Shown: positions 37,581 through 51,662 of the stretch, one piece after another
Layout of the letters: each line of letters begins with the position of its first letter
Position numbering within the stretch: the first letter of the stretch is position 1
NCBI GenBank assembly: GCA_964016885.1
Contig: OZ024755.1
Location: forward strand, 16,120,001 to 16,184,000
DNA length: 64,000 bases
Direction of reading: 5' to 3'
From: Eledone cirrhosa
Taxonomy: Eukaryota
Notes under the pieces: model-generated
What the model saw: only the letters and a program-made list of their open reading frames with translations
Databases searched by the model: none
Told to the model about the DNA's origin: nothing
Translations under genes and position numbers: made by a program

Positions 37581-38689
37581 GTATTTAAAGCCATTGCGAC
37601 TTCACGATCGTGAGTTCGATTCTTTTTAGATTGTATACTTCCCATTTTATATATATATTTATATTAATAAATAATTACTATTAATACATATATATGTATT
37701 TATACACATACATATTTATTATATATATAAATAAATAAATATAATTTTAATACATCTAGTTGTATATATATAATGGGGGTTAAACCCCCTATTAGGGTTC
37801 CCCGGACGCACAAACCCCTGCTGAAACTTTTTTCCCTTCGATTTATATCAAATTTAAACCATAGCTAAATGACAAGATATGATGCGTATTCACAAAAGTT
37901 TTGAATTGATATTTTGAAAAAAATTATTTACAAGAAACAGAATAAGATTTGATATATTCCAAAAAATAATCTTTTTCATGCTTTACATTGAGTAATATTG
38001 AAATACAGACTTTTTCTCCATAAATTATATCACTGATTTAAAATAAATCACTATTTTCTTACAAAACACAATGTGTGAAATGCAGCAAGGTGCTGGTAAT
38101 TTGGCTAGTTTTATATAAATTATTTTTATATATTATGTGCCCAAGCCATGGAAAACTAGCCACATCATAAAAACCCTACAGGCCACCCTATAAGGTGGTT
38201 GTGCTGGTAACAATAAATCTATAATACGAAAGCCAGTGGTTCACCAAAAAATATTAGAGAGAATTTAACTCTGTGACCTTAGTATTTCACCAACTGTGGA
38301 GGAGGGTGGTTTTGGTGTGTCATATGAGGCTTATTTTAATGGTCAATCAACTGTAGAGTGGAACTAAAGTTCACAGGGGAATGGACATAAGCAATGAAAA
38401 CATCATATCATTTGTTCCCCTGGATTGCTTTGGAAATGTAACCTCCTTGCATAAGATCATGTAGCATGATCAAAACATGAGTACCATTTAAATATGTAGT
38501 ACAGCTTTATGAATAAAGGATTTTTAAACAGCTTCACAATTATCTTTATTGTATAAACACCATCATGAACCAATAAATTATATAAGTATATAGGCCCCCT
38601 TTTCCTCTAACCTGCATCTATTACTTTCCTTTATCCACACACAGATACAACATTGATGCACCACACTTGGCTACATTTCACAAAAAACT

Positions 38690-39480
38690 TGAAACAAATG
38701 TAGAAATGCACAAGTACTTCTTTGTTGAGCTAGGAGGGAAGAAAATCAGATGGCGAAGACTCAAGAATGGCCTCCCACAGGGAAGTGGGCATGCACCACT
38801 TCTCTTCAACATCTACACCAATGATCAACCAAAAATTGCAGACACCTGCTGCTTCATCTATGCAAATGAACACTGTGATCACCCAGTCTATTTAGGTGTA
38901 ATCCTCAACAGGTGTCTCTCTTTTAAGATCTACATTGAGAAGACCAAGTGAATGCGAAGAACGTCAATGGCACAACCAGGGGTGCAAACCTACAGACTCT
39001 GAAGTCAACTGCACTAGCTCTCTGCTGCCCAGAATGGAAGCAAGCTGTCCATGTCCAGAAGCTAGATCCCGCCCTCAATGCTAGTTGCTGCCTGAAATCT
39101 ACACCTATGATCCTGCAGGTATAGCGTCAACAACAGACTACAGATCAAAAACATCCTCTCTTTGGCCATGTGCCACCTTAAATCCAGGAAAAGTTTCCTA
39201 AAGAACATCACTCCCTTTGGAACATCAAGCATAAGTAATGAATGAGTCACTTGCTGAGAAGAAAAACTTAACAACCTCCCATCTGTAACAACAATGGAGC
39301 TAAAGGCGAGTGAGGCACTGCCCCCAGAGCAGATACAAACTATGCAGTGCAGAAATGCCTCAACAGATTAAGATCTGGTGTTGGATGTGCTAAAGTCAAT
39401 CTTGTAAAATGGGGATGTTGTGTGTGACTGCAGCATTGAACCACAGACTACACAGCACCTCCTTAATGGCATGAGATGGA
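38690..39480 (+). mobile_element. Decayed non-LTR retrotransposon RT and 3' end (Ingi/Vingi-like, clade tentative)
   Basis: RLKNGLPQGSGHAPLLFNIYTNDQP, HPVYLGVILNRCLSFKIYIEK, GANLQTLKSTALALC, and a C-terminal CDC..EPQTTQHLL motif. Confidence 0.8.
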
Positions 39481-40899
39481 CGCACAAAGATTGCATATTC
39501 TGAGACCCCAAACAGGGTTTGAAAGAGAACAAACCATAAAAATTAGAACCTGGAAGATCATAACTGTTACAGGTAAGGAGCTAGTGGAGGAGGGTAGATA
39601 TGAGCTGATTCCCATTGAAGCTTTGGTTGAGAGAATACTTTGCTGATCTACTAAAACATGAGATGCTTCTTGCTTTTGGAAAGAGATGAAGGTGAGACAC
39701 TACCAAATGAAGCAGGCATAGATTGAAACTTGCCTCACCTACCAAATAATTCTGTACAGTCACCAAAGGATCCACAAATGGTGAATAAGTTTGTCCTTAT
39801 CAAATTTCAATGGACAACTATAAGTGCACTCCCTAACAACATATATATATATGAACAAGGTATAGCACAGCCAACTGTCCAGATTTTACCTGTAATTAGA
39901 ATAGATTTGAAACAAAACTCAAGTATTAGATTAATTTAAGAAAGTTTATTCAAGTTATGATGTAAATACCACATTCATATATAAAAACGTTAACTTTATA
40001 TTTTACAAGGTTCGACTGAATTTATCTATAATCATTTTGGCATAGTTTATGCAACAGGGTGCTCATATCATAATAATTCTTTGTTATTTTAGAATTTAAT
40101 TAAAACACAGTATCTTAGAAATCATCATCATCGTTTAACGTCCATGGGCTGCCCTTTTGTGGGAGATCAGATCAAGGACCGTGTTTTGCTCACACAAAAC
40201 TAATTTCGGCTTGGTTTCTATGGTTGGATGCCCTTCCATGCACATGGGAAGGCATCTTCTGCATTATGCCAGAGATCATGATTCTGTGTCAACGCCTTTG
40301 AGAGGTGCAAGGTCTGTTTTTATTACCTCATCCCAGGTCTTCCTACTTCATAGCTTCTGTCAGCTTTAATCACCCTGCACCTTTTTATACAGCTTTCATC
40401 CTTCCTACACATCACAGTCCTCTCTTACACACTGCATCTAATGCCCAATTTCTCTCTCAGTTCATGTATATTACTCTTACATATCAATCGGAGCATGCAG
40501 GCTTCATTTCTTTCCAATCTGGATTCACTAACATACACATTATACAATATGCCCTTCATTTTGAGGGAAAACCTTTTGTAGCTAGCAGCGGTAGTAGCTC
40601 CCTAAACTTTGTCACTCTGGCTACTGTACATTTGGAACACCTTCCTCCACTGCTGATTTGGTCATCCAGGTAATGGAAACTGGACATTTGAAGGAGCTAG
40701 TATCCTGTGAGTTCTTGCTACTTAATGCACCTGGGCATCAAACAGCTAACCTACCAGAGATCTCACTACATCTCTTGTGAATCCATAGTTTGCATTTGGA
40801 ACATAGGAAAGAATTTCTACCTCCTCCTTTCCGGCACAATGAGAAAGGCAATTCCCCTGACGGAATCTGGGCCCTGTTTTCCTTTGTACATACTTTGGT

Positions 40900-41560
40900 C
40901 TTTGAAAAGTTAACTTTAAGACTTTTTTATTCTAGGCCTTGCTTCCGTGTTTGGAATTTCTTCTGTAATTCTACCATGGGGAGCCAGTCTTAAACTCTTG
41001 TTATACCCTGCAGAGTGATAATAAACAGCAGAGGGCTAAGAACAGAACCCTTCACTATACTCATTGTTAATTCTAACCTTGAATGTTCCTCTATACAGCC
41101 TTCACAAGCCACTAATCTACTCCTAGTTTTCTAAGAGCCCAGGGGACTTTGTTTTGTTAAAAGCTTTCTCCAGGTCAACAAATGCTAAGTAGAGGGGGTT
41201 TACCTTTAACTTCTCCAGCAGTTGCCTGAAAAGGAAGATGACATTCGTGGTACAAATCAAAACTGCATCTTATCTAGTTTAATTGGGTCCCTAATTAGCT
41301 GTGCTATAATTCTTTCTGTAACCTACATGACCTGGTCAACCAACTTGATGACTCTATAGTTTTCTCTGTCTAGAGTATCTCTGTAGCAGTTGACAATGAT
41401 ACCGCTACACCAGTTATTGGGTATAGCACCATTTTATATTACTTGCTTTACAATACGGGTGGCTATGCTGTGACCCACCATCCCAGATGCTTTCAGCAAC
41501 TATCCCCAAAAGTCTAGCTTCATATCCTTGATTGTCTTACTTACTATACTACTTCTGACT
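40900..41560 (-). mobile_element. Decayed RTE-like LINE RT fragment
   Basis: Minus-strand PLYLAFVDLEKAF, GSVLSPLLFIITLQ, NYRVIKLVDQVM. Confidence 0.75.
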
Positions 41561-41869
41561 TCTATAGCCAGTTGAGATAGAGAACTATTAGGCCAGCCCC
41601 AATTTCAATGCTTTTTTCCACAAGTGCCCTCCCTGTTCCAAGTTTACTTAATGATATATTTAATCCTATAGCATTTAAACCAGCCAGAATTCTCTCACTT
41701 CTTTCTGTTCGTACTCATACTTATGTTAAGGCATTGTTCTCAAAATAAATAATATCAAAAGCTTGTAGATTCGACGTTATGTGAAAAGTGTTGTGAAAAT
41801 ACAATAGTAAATATAGGGTAATGTAAATGATAAAGGGTTAAGACGGTTTTGTCATAAATCAATAGAGTA

Positions 41870-42075
41870 CAATATAAGAAAGATGTATTTAAGACTGTAT
41901 TGTCTAATGTCCTAAAATAGTTGTGTGTGATATGAGAAAGTTGTGTTTAAGACTGTATTATATAATGCCCTTTTATAATAGTGGTGTTTGATATGAGTAA
42001 GATGTATTTAAAACTATTATATAATGTCCTAAAATATTGGTGGATGATATGAGGAAGCTATATTTAAGACTGTAT
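41870..42075. repeat. ~58-60-bp diverged tandem repeat, about 3.5 copies
   Basis: AAGATGTATTTAAGACTGTATT...TAATGTCCTAAAATA..TG..TGATATGAG repeated. Confidence 0.75.
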
Positions 42076-42399
42076 CACTTTCCTCTTACTGGGTCCAACC
42101 CATGCTAGTGTGGAAGATGGACGTTAAACGATGATGATGGGTCATCTGCTTTTACCCTCTCCACATCATGGCCACCGTCCTCTCGTCTCTTGACATAGTT
42201 GCTTGCTATTCGGAGCCACCCTGCAATTGGATAGTGACCCGCCAATTTCTCACTCATTGAGAAAAGTTCTCATCTGTCAGTTCCCAGTTCTGGGACTTCA
42301 TTTCCCCTCCGAAATACCAGTGTGCCTGTCTTGTCTCTTTGCAGCTCGAGTCCCAGTGCGACTCCTCCCTCCATTGCCTCTGGTGGTTAACCTGAAACT

Positions 42400-42900
42400 T
42401 CCTAAGTGGCCTGCCCACTTGCATCAGTAGCAAATTATACCTGGCTTCGGCTATCTGCACTCCCTTGCCATGTGCGAACCCTCACAGCTGAAGCACTGGC
42501 CTCTCAACACCTGCTGCCGAGTGTTCACAGCGGCTCTTCTCCCCTCGTCAATCACCGTCGACTGCCATGGGCTTCTAGCGCTGCAACATTCCGCTCAGTG
42601 CATTCTGTCACTACATAGGCCTGTGTAATTAGCTTGCTTGTGGTCATTTTTCTCTTGCCCAGCAACTTTGGGGCTTCACCGAAACCTAAAAGGGAACCTG
42701 TTCATGAATGCCATCCGCACAGCCCCTTCAAGCTTTTTGTGTCAACCCGATTAGCATAGCCAACTGCCCTATTTCTGCTGCAAATATGCCCACCTGCTCT
42801 CCCATCCATCTCAATTTGACTAGTTTGGTGAAAGCAGCATAAGGCCTCTTAAGACATTCTAGTTTCCCCGCATTCAGTCCGACTCATCCCTCTCAAGGTA
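42400..42900 (-). mobile_element. LTR-retrotransposon gag remnant with two zinc knuckles
   Basis: Minus strand reads GQCFSCEGSHMAREC R*PKPGII CY*CKWAGHL, with in-frame stops. Confidence 0.6.
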
Positions 42901-44060
42901 TAATGCTAGTGCATTGCAGTTGAGAAAAAGAACAGTTAGGCATTGAAAATGGGACTGGCCTTTTTCTACAATTGCCTTTCCTGTTCCAACCACCTTGAAG
43001 GGTGTACCAGGTGAATTTTCGTGGCACTAACGCTAGATAGATTGCTGGTCCTTGTCCCAAAAGATGAACCCTCTGCTCTGGGGAGGGGGGATAGAAGGGA
43101 AATAAGTATAAAACTATGACAAGAGTGGTGGGATTTGAGAGGGTGATGAGTAACAAAAACCTTAGAAACATAAATTTCACCTCTAACACGAGATGAGTGT
43201 AATTGTAAAAAAATAACTATTTTGTTCACTGGGGCGGCTGACAACAAACTTCTTATCGTTGTTGGTGATTCGTTTTACTAAAATATTACTCAATACTAAT
43301 AAATGTATGTGGATATTACTTCACTATTAACTGCGATAAAGTCGTGAATGTTTTGGCTTGCCATTAAACATATTTAGAAGTAAACACAAATATTTTCTGT
43401 TGCAATGTGTAATTGAGGGTGTATGTCTTCTCACGTTTTGTTTGTAATATTTACCTTTCCTTGTTTCTGTAATCCCTTTCTCTCTATATATACATTTATT
43501 TGTAAATCATATTGATTAGATAAATTACTTATGGACGTTGAAATAGTTAATATAATATAGAAAATAAAATTCAGTTTGTAATAATTACGTGCGAAACTTC
43601 CAATTTCCTTGTTTTCCTCACAACATACGCTATCTTTCAAAGTTAGTCACACATTCTCAGTCACGTTTTCGTATTTTCTCAGTGAAAATTCATATTTAGT
43701 ATGATTAATATGGAATTAAGTTTATTGAACAAATTTCTGTTTAATTATATATATCAAACAACTCGATTAGTACTTGCTATATGGCAGCTACAACTTCGAT
43801 TCATACCTAATATAACAATAATAATAATATACATATATATAAATGGAAAAGAATGAAACGAAATTTCATTTCTCACTCTTAGTACGGCTGATACCTAAAT
43901 ATAAGTATGTATACGTACACATATATGTATGTACGTATACTTATATATATATTTATTTACTCACCGTACTGTATTATTGCAGTATTGAGTTAGCTCAGTG
44001 TACGTAGACCGAGCCGTTATATGCAAAAGAAACCAAAGAACGCTTACATACTCAAACAGC

Positions 44061-47000
44061 CTTTATTCACTAACAATGTTTCATCCTCACCTTTAGACAG
44101 GAATCATCAGAGCTCAACAAATACCGTGTTGAGTATAAGCTCCACAATAACTTAGTCACTTGAACAATCAGAAAAAATAATATGGGGATTGGAGATAGCT
44201 AACAAAGAGGTTCATGCTGGGGTTACTAAGCATCACTGCAAAATACCAAGGTGCAACTGGATTCAACAAGATGAAGACACAGTAGATGGCACTCAAAAAT
44301 GTAGAATGTAAAATTAAAAAGTGTGAAAGCATTAAGTACATAATACATACATAAAAATGCATAAGAAATTAATAAAAAATATATAAAAAATACAGGCAAA
44401 TGTTAAAACATAATATACATTATATTAAAGTAATAAAAAATATAAAAATAAAGATAAAAAATAATAGAGATAATATAATAAAATGAAATGAAGAAAAATA
44501 AAATCAAATAAAGAAAAGTAATTAAATTAAAATACAATTAATATAAAATGATAATAAAATAAAATTATATAATAATAAGATACAATTAAATTAAAAGGAT
44601 TAAAAATATTTCATAAATTGAGAAAAAGTTATATTTTATGAGTCCTTAGAGAAGCAAGTAATTACAAGTGCAGTTCCCAGCAACACAAGCGAGTAGAATG
44701 TCAGTTGTTCATATACAGGCGTGAATAGATCATTTTGGTACATCACAAAGGACCACAGTAATTCGAATGACCATCATACTATACATACACAAAGTATATC
44801 AGTAGGTAGCCAATTGGTGTTCACAAGTATATATAAAGGTATCACAAAGGCACAGGCCTCACTCTAGTAAATATAGTTAATCAGGCCTCACTCAAATAAA
44901 TGTGGTTAATATATGGTATTGCTGAGTGAAACAAGTAAATACATTCAAGGCATAAAAAGAAGCCATGCATAAGCAGATTTCGGTTAGTGTGCGATAGAAT
45001 TTAAGCAGTCTCGATATATTAGTTGTTATAAAGTAATTGGCAAAGTTATTATTCATGCATAATTAGCAATACAAGCAGGACTAATTGTTTACATATCGAA
45101 CATATGATATATACATACACATACATATATATATACATATACAGTTATATGGTAACTGGTTAAATATACGTAGTAGTATATGAAGCGTAACAATTACATC
45201 ATAACTCAAGAAAATGCATGCTGGATTACTACAATAAACAACCACTCCATGCAGAAAATCACAGGTCAACATTAAAACATTGTTCAAGAATCATTTCAAG
45301 CCAATTCTCCACACACAATTCTGTCACCAACATGTGAATAGAACTTCAGGCCACAGCAAATACGATCAGCACAGCCAACGAGTCTAAACAAAACAAACGG
45401 AAATCTGCACTCATATACCAGTTGTTAAATACGCTAAATATCTTAGCATGTTTTATAAAAATGGTCAAATTCAAATACATAATCAGAGATGAAATGGAAT
45501 AGATACAAAATAAAGATACAAATACAGTCTACATACCACTAAAATCAAATTAAAACAATTGTTTCTACTTTAGGCACAAGGCCAGCAATAACCCAGTGCA
45601 TTACTGGTACTTTATTTTATCGACCCCGTAAAGATGAAAGGCAAAGTCAACCTCTGCGAGATTTGAACTCAAAATAATACTGGCTTAGAGCATTTTACTT
45701 TAATATAAGTATGTACACGTACATACATATATGTATACAGAGGTACAGTAGTATGTATATATATATACATACATGCACACATATATATATATGTACGTAT
45801 GGATTCACCGAACATTTATTATAATGCTCGGTGTGTTTGTAAACAAACATCCCGTATTAAGCCGTAGTGTCCAGCAACCATCGCTGCTCGTTTGTTCAAC
45901 ACTGACATTTTACTTTATTTTCGCGCTACTAAATTGTGTACATAAATTGATGACGTCATAGTTGTTACAGAAATAACGTAGTACTCATGTGGTCTTTATT
46001 CACTAACAATGTTTCATCCTCACCTTTAGACAGGAATCATCAGAGCTCAACAAATACCGTGTTGAGTATAAGCTCCACAATAACTTAGTCACTTGAACAA
46101 TCAGAAAAAATAATATGGGGATTGGAGATAGCTAACAAAGAGGTTCATTCTGGGGTTACTAAGCATCACTGCAAAATACCAAGGTACAACTGGATTCAAC
46201 AAGATGAAGACACAGTAGATGGCACTCAAAAATGTAGAATGTAAAATTAAAAAGTGTGAAAGCATTAAAAAGTACATAATACATACATAAAAATGCATAA
46301 GAAATTAATAAAAAATATATAAAAAATACAGGCAAATGTTAAAATATGATATATACATACACATACATTATATTAAAGTAATAAAAAATATAAAAATAAA
46401 GATAAAAAATAATAATAGAGATAATATAATAAAATGAAATGAAGAAAAATAAAACCCAATAAAGAAAAGTAATTAAATTAAAATACAATTAATATAAAAT
46501 GATAATAAAATAAAATTATATAATAATAAGATACAATTAAATTAAAAGGATTAAAAATATTTCATAAATAGAGAAAAAGTTATATTTTATGAGTCCTTAG
46601 AGAAGCAAGTAATTACAAGTGCAGTTCCCAGCAACACAAGCGAGTAGAATGTCAGTTGTCCATATACAGGCGTGAATAGATCATTTTGGTACATCACAAA
46701 GGACCACAGTAATTCGAATGACCATCATACTATACATACACAAAGTATATCAGTAGGTAGCCAATTGGTGTTCACAAGTATATATAAAGGTATCACAAAG
46801 GCACAGGCCTCACTCTAGTAAATATAGTTAATCAGGCCTCACTCAAATAAATGTGGTTAATATATAGTATTGCTGAGTGAAACAAGTAAATACATTCAAG
46901 GCATAAAAAGAAGCCATGCATAAGCAGATTTCGGTTAGTGTGCGATAGAATTTAAGCAGTCTCGATATATTAGTTGTTATAAAGTAATTGGCAAAGTTAT

Positions 47001-49782
47001 TATTCATGCATAATTAGCAATACAAGCAGGACTAATTGTTTACATATCGAACATATGATATATACATACACATACATATATATATACATATACAGTTATA
47101 TGGTAACTGGTTAAATATACGTAGTAGTATATGAAGCGTAACAATTACATCATAACTCAAGAAAATGCATGCTGGATTACTACAATAAACAACCACTCCA
47201 TGCAGAAAATCACAGGTCAACATTAAAACATTGTTCAAGAATCATTTCAAGCCAATTCTCCACACACAATTCTGTCACCAACATGTGAATGGAACTTCAG
47301 GCCACAGCAAATACGATCAGCACAGCCAACGAGTCTAAACAAAACAAACGGAAATCTGCACTCATATACCAGTTGTTAAATACGCTAAATATCTTAGCAT
47401 GTTTTATAAAAATGGTCAAATTCAAATACATAATCAGAGATGAAATGGAATAGATACAAAATAAAGATACAAATACAGTCTACATACCACTAAAATCAAA
47501 TTAAAACAATTGTTTCTACTTTAGGCACAAGGCCAGCAATAACCCAGTGCATTACTGGTACTTTATTTTATCGACCCCGTAAAGATGAAAGGCAAAGTCA
47601 ACCTCTGCGAGATTTGAACTCAAAATAATACTGGCTTAGAGCATTTTACTTTAATATAAGTATGTACACGTACATACATATATGTATACAGAGGTACAGT
47701 AGTATGTATATATATATACATACATGCACACATATATATATATGTACGTATGGATTCACCGAACATTTATTATAATGCTCGGTGTGTTTGTAAACAAACA
47801 TCCCGTATTAAGCCGTAGTGTCCAGCAACCATCGCTGCTCGTTTGTTCAACACTGACATTTTACTTTATTTTCGCGCTACTAAATTGTGTACATAAATTG
47901 ATGACGTCATAGTTGTTACAGAAATAACGTAGTACTCATGTGGTCTTTATTCACTAACAATGTTTCATCCTCACCTTTAGACAGGAATCATCAGAGCTCA
48001 ACAAATACCGTGTTGAGTATAAGCTCCACAATAACTTAGTCACTTGAACAATCAGAAAAAATAATATGGGGATTGGAGATAGCTAACAAAGAGGTTCATT
48101 CTGGGGTTACTAAGCATCACTGCAAAATACCAAGGTACAACTGGATTCAACAAGATGAAGACACAGTAGATGGCACTCAAAAATGTAGAATGTAAAATTA
48201 AAAAGTGTGAAAGCATTAAAAAGTACATAATACATACATAAAAATGCATAAGAAATTAATAAAAAATATATAAAAAATACAGGCAAATGTTAAAATATGA
48301 TATATACATACACATACATTATATTAAAGTAATAAAAAATATAAAAATAAAGATAAAAAATAATAATAGAGATAATATAATAAAATGAAATGAAGAAAAA
48401 TAAAACCCAATAAAGAAAAGTAATTAAATTAAAATACAATTAATATAAAATGATAATAAAATAAAATTATATAATAATAAGATACAATTAAATTAAAAGG
48501 ATTAAAAATATTTCATAAATAGAGAAAAAGTTATATTTTATGAGTCCTTAGAGAAGCAAGTAATTACAAGTGCAGTTCCCAGCAACACAAGCGAGTAGAA
48601 TGTCAGTTGTCCATATACAGGCGTGAATAGATCATTTTGGTACATCACAAAGGACCACAGTAATTCGAATGACCATCATACTATACATACACAAAGTATA
48701 TCAGTAGGTAGCCAATTGGTGTTCACAAGTATATATAAAGGTATCACAAAGGCACAGGCCTCACTCTAGTAAATATAGTTAATCAGGCCTCACTCAAATA
48801 AATGTGGTTAATATATAGTATTGCTGAGTGAAACAAGTAAATACATTCAAGGCATAAAAAGAAGCCATGCATAAGCAGATTTCGGTTAGTGTGCGATAGA
48901 ATTTAAGCAGTCTCGATATATTAGTTGTTATAAAGTAATTGGCAAAGTTATTATTCATGCATAATTAGCAATACAAGCAGGACTAATTGTTTACATATCG
49001 AACATATGATATATACATACACATACATATATATATACATATACAGTTATATGGTAACTGGTTAAATATACGTAGTAGTATATGAAGCGTAACAATTACA
49101 TCATAACTCAAGAAAATGCATGCTGGATTACTACAATAAACAACCACTCCATGCAGAAAATCACAGGTCAACATTAAAACATTGTTCAAGAATCATTTCA
49201 AGCCAATTCTCCACACACAATTCTGTCACCAACATGTGAATGGAACTTCAGGCCACAGCAAATACGATCAGCACAGCCAACGAGTCTAAACAAAACAAAC
49301 GGAAATCTGCACTCATATACCAGTTGTTAAATACGCTAAATATCTTAGCATGTTTTCTAAAAATGGTCAAATTCAAATACATAATCAGAGATGAAATGGA
49401 ATATATACAAATACAGTCTACATACCACTAAAATTAAATTAAAACAATTGTTTCTACTTTAGGCACAAGGCCAGCAATAACCCAGTGCATTACTAGTACT
49501 TTATTTTATCGACCTCGTAAAGATGAAAGGCAAAGTCAACCTCGGCGGGATTTGAACTCAAAATAATACTGGCTTAGAGCATTTTACTTTACATATATGT
49601 ATGTACGTGTACATACTTATATTATACAGAGGTACAGTAGTATGTATATATATATATATATATATATATGTACGTATGGATTCACCGAACATTTATTATA
49701 ATATTCGGTGTGTTTGTAAACAAACATCCCGTATTAAGCCGTAGTGTCCAGCAACCATCGTTGCTCGTTTGTTCAACACTGA
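44061..49782. repeat. ~1.95-kb unit in about three tandem copies
   Basis: Units start at CTTTATTCACTAACAATG at 44061, 45994 and 47945 (periods 1933 and 1951). ORF-track peptides recur three times. Each unit carries a SINE A fragment and a junctional hammerhead motif. Confidence 0.95.
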
Positions 49783-49898
49783 TTATAGGCCTTTATTTTC
49801 TGGTTGTGTAGTCTTATGTATGTGTGTGAATGTATATATTTATTGTATATATTTATTGATATAATATAAGATCAAAAGATGGTTAAAAGAGTTCCAAG

Positions 49899-49966
49899 TA
49901 TTTTATTATGCGCATTTCAAAAACAAATATCATGAGATGATATCTGCGTTTTCATCAGATAAAATA
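49899..49966 (-). ncRNA. Type I hammerhead ribozyme fold
   Basis: Reverse complement TATTTTAT-CTGATGA-aaacgcagatatcat ctc atgatatttgttttt-GAAA-TGCGCA-TA-ATAAAATA: 8-bp stem I, long stem II, palindromic ATGCGCAT stem III. Confidence 0.8.
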
Positions 49967-50684
49967 GGGATACATGATATGAAGGTTAAAAAACACTTGT
50001 GAATAGGGAAGTTTTAAATCAACATATATTTATTGATATATAGTAGATAAATCTACCAAGAGTTTACGGTAGTGTCCAATCCGTATGAAGAACTCAATGT
50101 AATCCGGATATCATGGAAAGAAGAGATGCATTCAAAAATCACTTTCGGTGAAAGATAAACGGAATACAGAGTCAAGATAAAATATTAAAAAAATAATGAA
50201 TAAAACAATGAAACAGTTCCTTATATTAAACAAAAAAAGTTCATTATTTAACGATCGTTTCTTATATGTATATACACCTACATTTGTGTATATGTCCCTA
50301 TACGTGTGGTTGAGTGTATGTGTGTGTATGTATGTGAGTATGTATATAAATATTTGTATGTATATACTTGTTTGTGCTGTATATGTGTATGTATATATAT
50401 ATATACATATTTATTTCATTTTGTGCAATTGTTTACCACGTGTGTTTGTTTATTTTTATTGGGTTTTTCCTCTCTCGTATCGTTGTCAACGTGCTATTGT
50501 TTCATTTTCATATTTGACTTTAATTATTTTTCGCTTTTATTTATTTATTATTATGACTTCATGTATATGTCTGTCTATGCCTGTTGATGAGGCAGCTTAT
50601 TTTTTAAGTATATGCGCGTGGTCGAGTGTGTAAATGTTTGTTTATTTATATTTTTTTTAATATATGTATGTATGTATGTGTGTG

Positions 50685-50724
<40 letters not shown>

Positions 50725-50930
50725 AATGTCTATTTATATGTATATTTATATGTGAAGTAATTCCGTCGGAAAGGTCCAGGAAATATGTATATTTATATAT
50801 ATATATGTATAATTGTGTGTGTGTTTATATACTTATTATTTATAATCTTTTTTTCTTCTCCCTCAGCCTCACTTTCATATTTCTTATATTTTTTTTTTCA
50901 AATCCACTTTCAATAAAAACACCAGGGTTT

Positions 50931-50990
50931 TTTCATTCTGACGACTGAAAGCAGATTTGTTTGGTTTCAAGAAACCACTGGTAAATGAAA
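50931..50990 (+). ncRNA. Type I hammerhead ribozyme fold
   Basis: TTTCATT-CTGACGA-c tgaaagcaga tttg tttggtttca a-GAAA-CCACTGG-TA-AATGAAA: 7-bp stem I, GUA triplet. Confidence 0.75.
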
Positions 50991-51597
50991 TAATTATCTT
51001 ATGCTGTTTATTACATAACTATATATATACATATAAATATGTAATATATATATATATAATAATAATTTGGGCAATGTTGGTGGAATATTTACCACATCAT
51101 ACAGATAATGTAGCGCTCACGGCGGCGTTGGAGAGAATAAATATACATATGTATATATATAGGCGCGTGGCTAGAGCAATGAGCCAGCAATCCCGAGGTG
51201 ATGCATTGTGCCCTTGAGCAAGGCACTTTATTTCACGTTGCTCCAGTTCACTCAGCTGAAGAAATGAGTTGCGAGGTCACTTGTGCCAAGCTGTACAGGC
51301 CATTGCCTTTCCCTTGTACAACGTCGGTTGCGTGGAGAGGGGAGACTGGTCGTCTCCCACAAACAATCTTGCCCGGACTTGTGCTTCGGAGGGTAAACTT
51401 TCTAGGTGCAAATCCGATATATATATGCAAAAGTTCTATTTAAATTGTTGGGATACAACAAGCAAATATTTTTATAACTGATATAAAGCACTCGACAAGT
51501 ATTTGGAGTAAATTTACTATCCCTGATGTCTTCCAAAAGTAACGGTTGCATTTTGAAAGGGTATGTCAATATTTATTTATAAAACTGGTATATATTG

Positions 51598-51662
51598 TAT
51601 TTTGTCTGATGAAAGCACACCATAATTTAACATGGTATCCTTGAAATATGTATAATAAAATA
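51598..51662 (+). ncRNA. Type I hammerhead ribozyme fold
   Basis: TATTTTGT-CTGATGA-aag cac accat..atggt atc ctt-GAAA-TATGTA-TA-ATAAAATA: 8-bp stem I with one GU pair. Confidence 0.72.

Noticed and set aside
38290-38330. Kinase glycine-loop-like peptide VEEGGFGVSYEA
   Set aside because: A stop follows shortly and no VAIK, HRD or DFG motifs are present.
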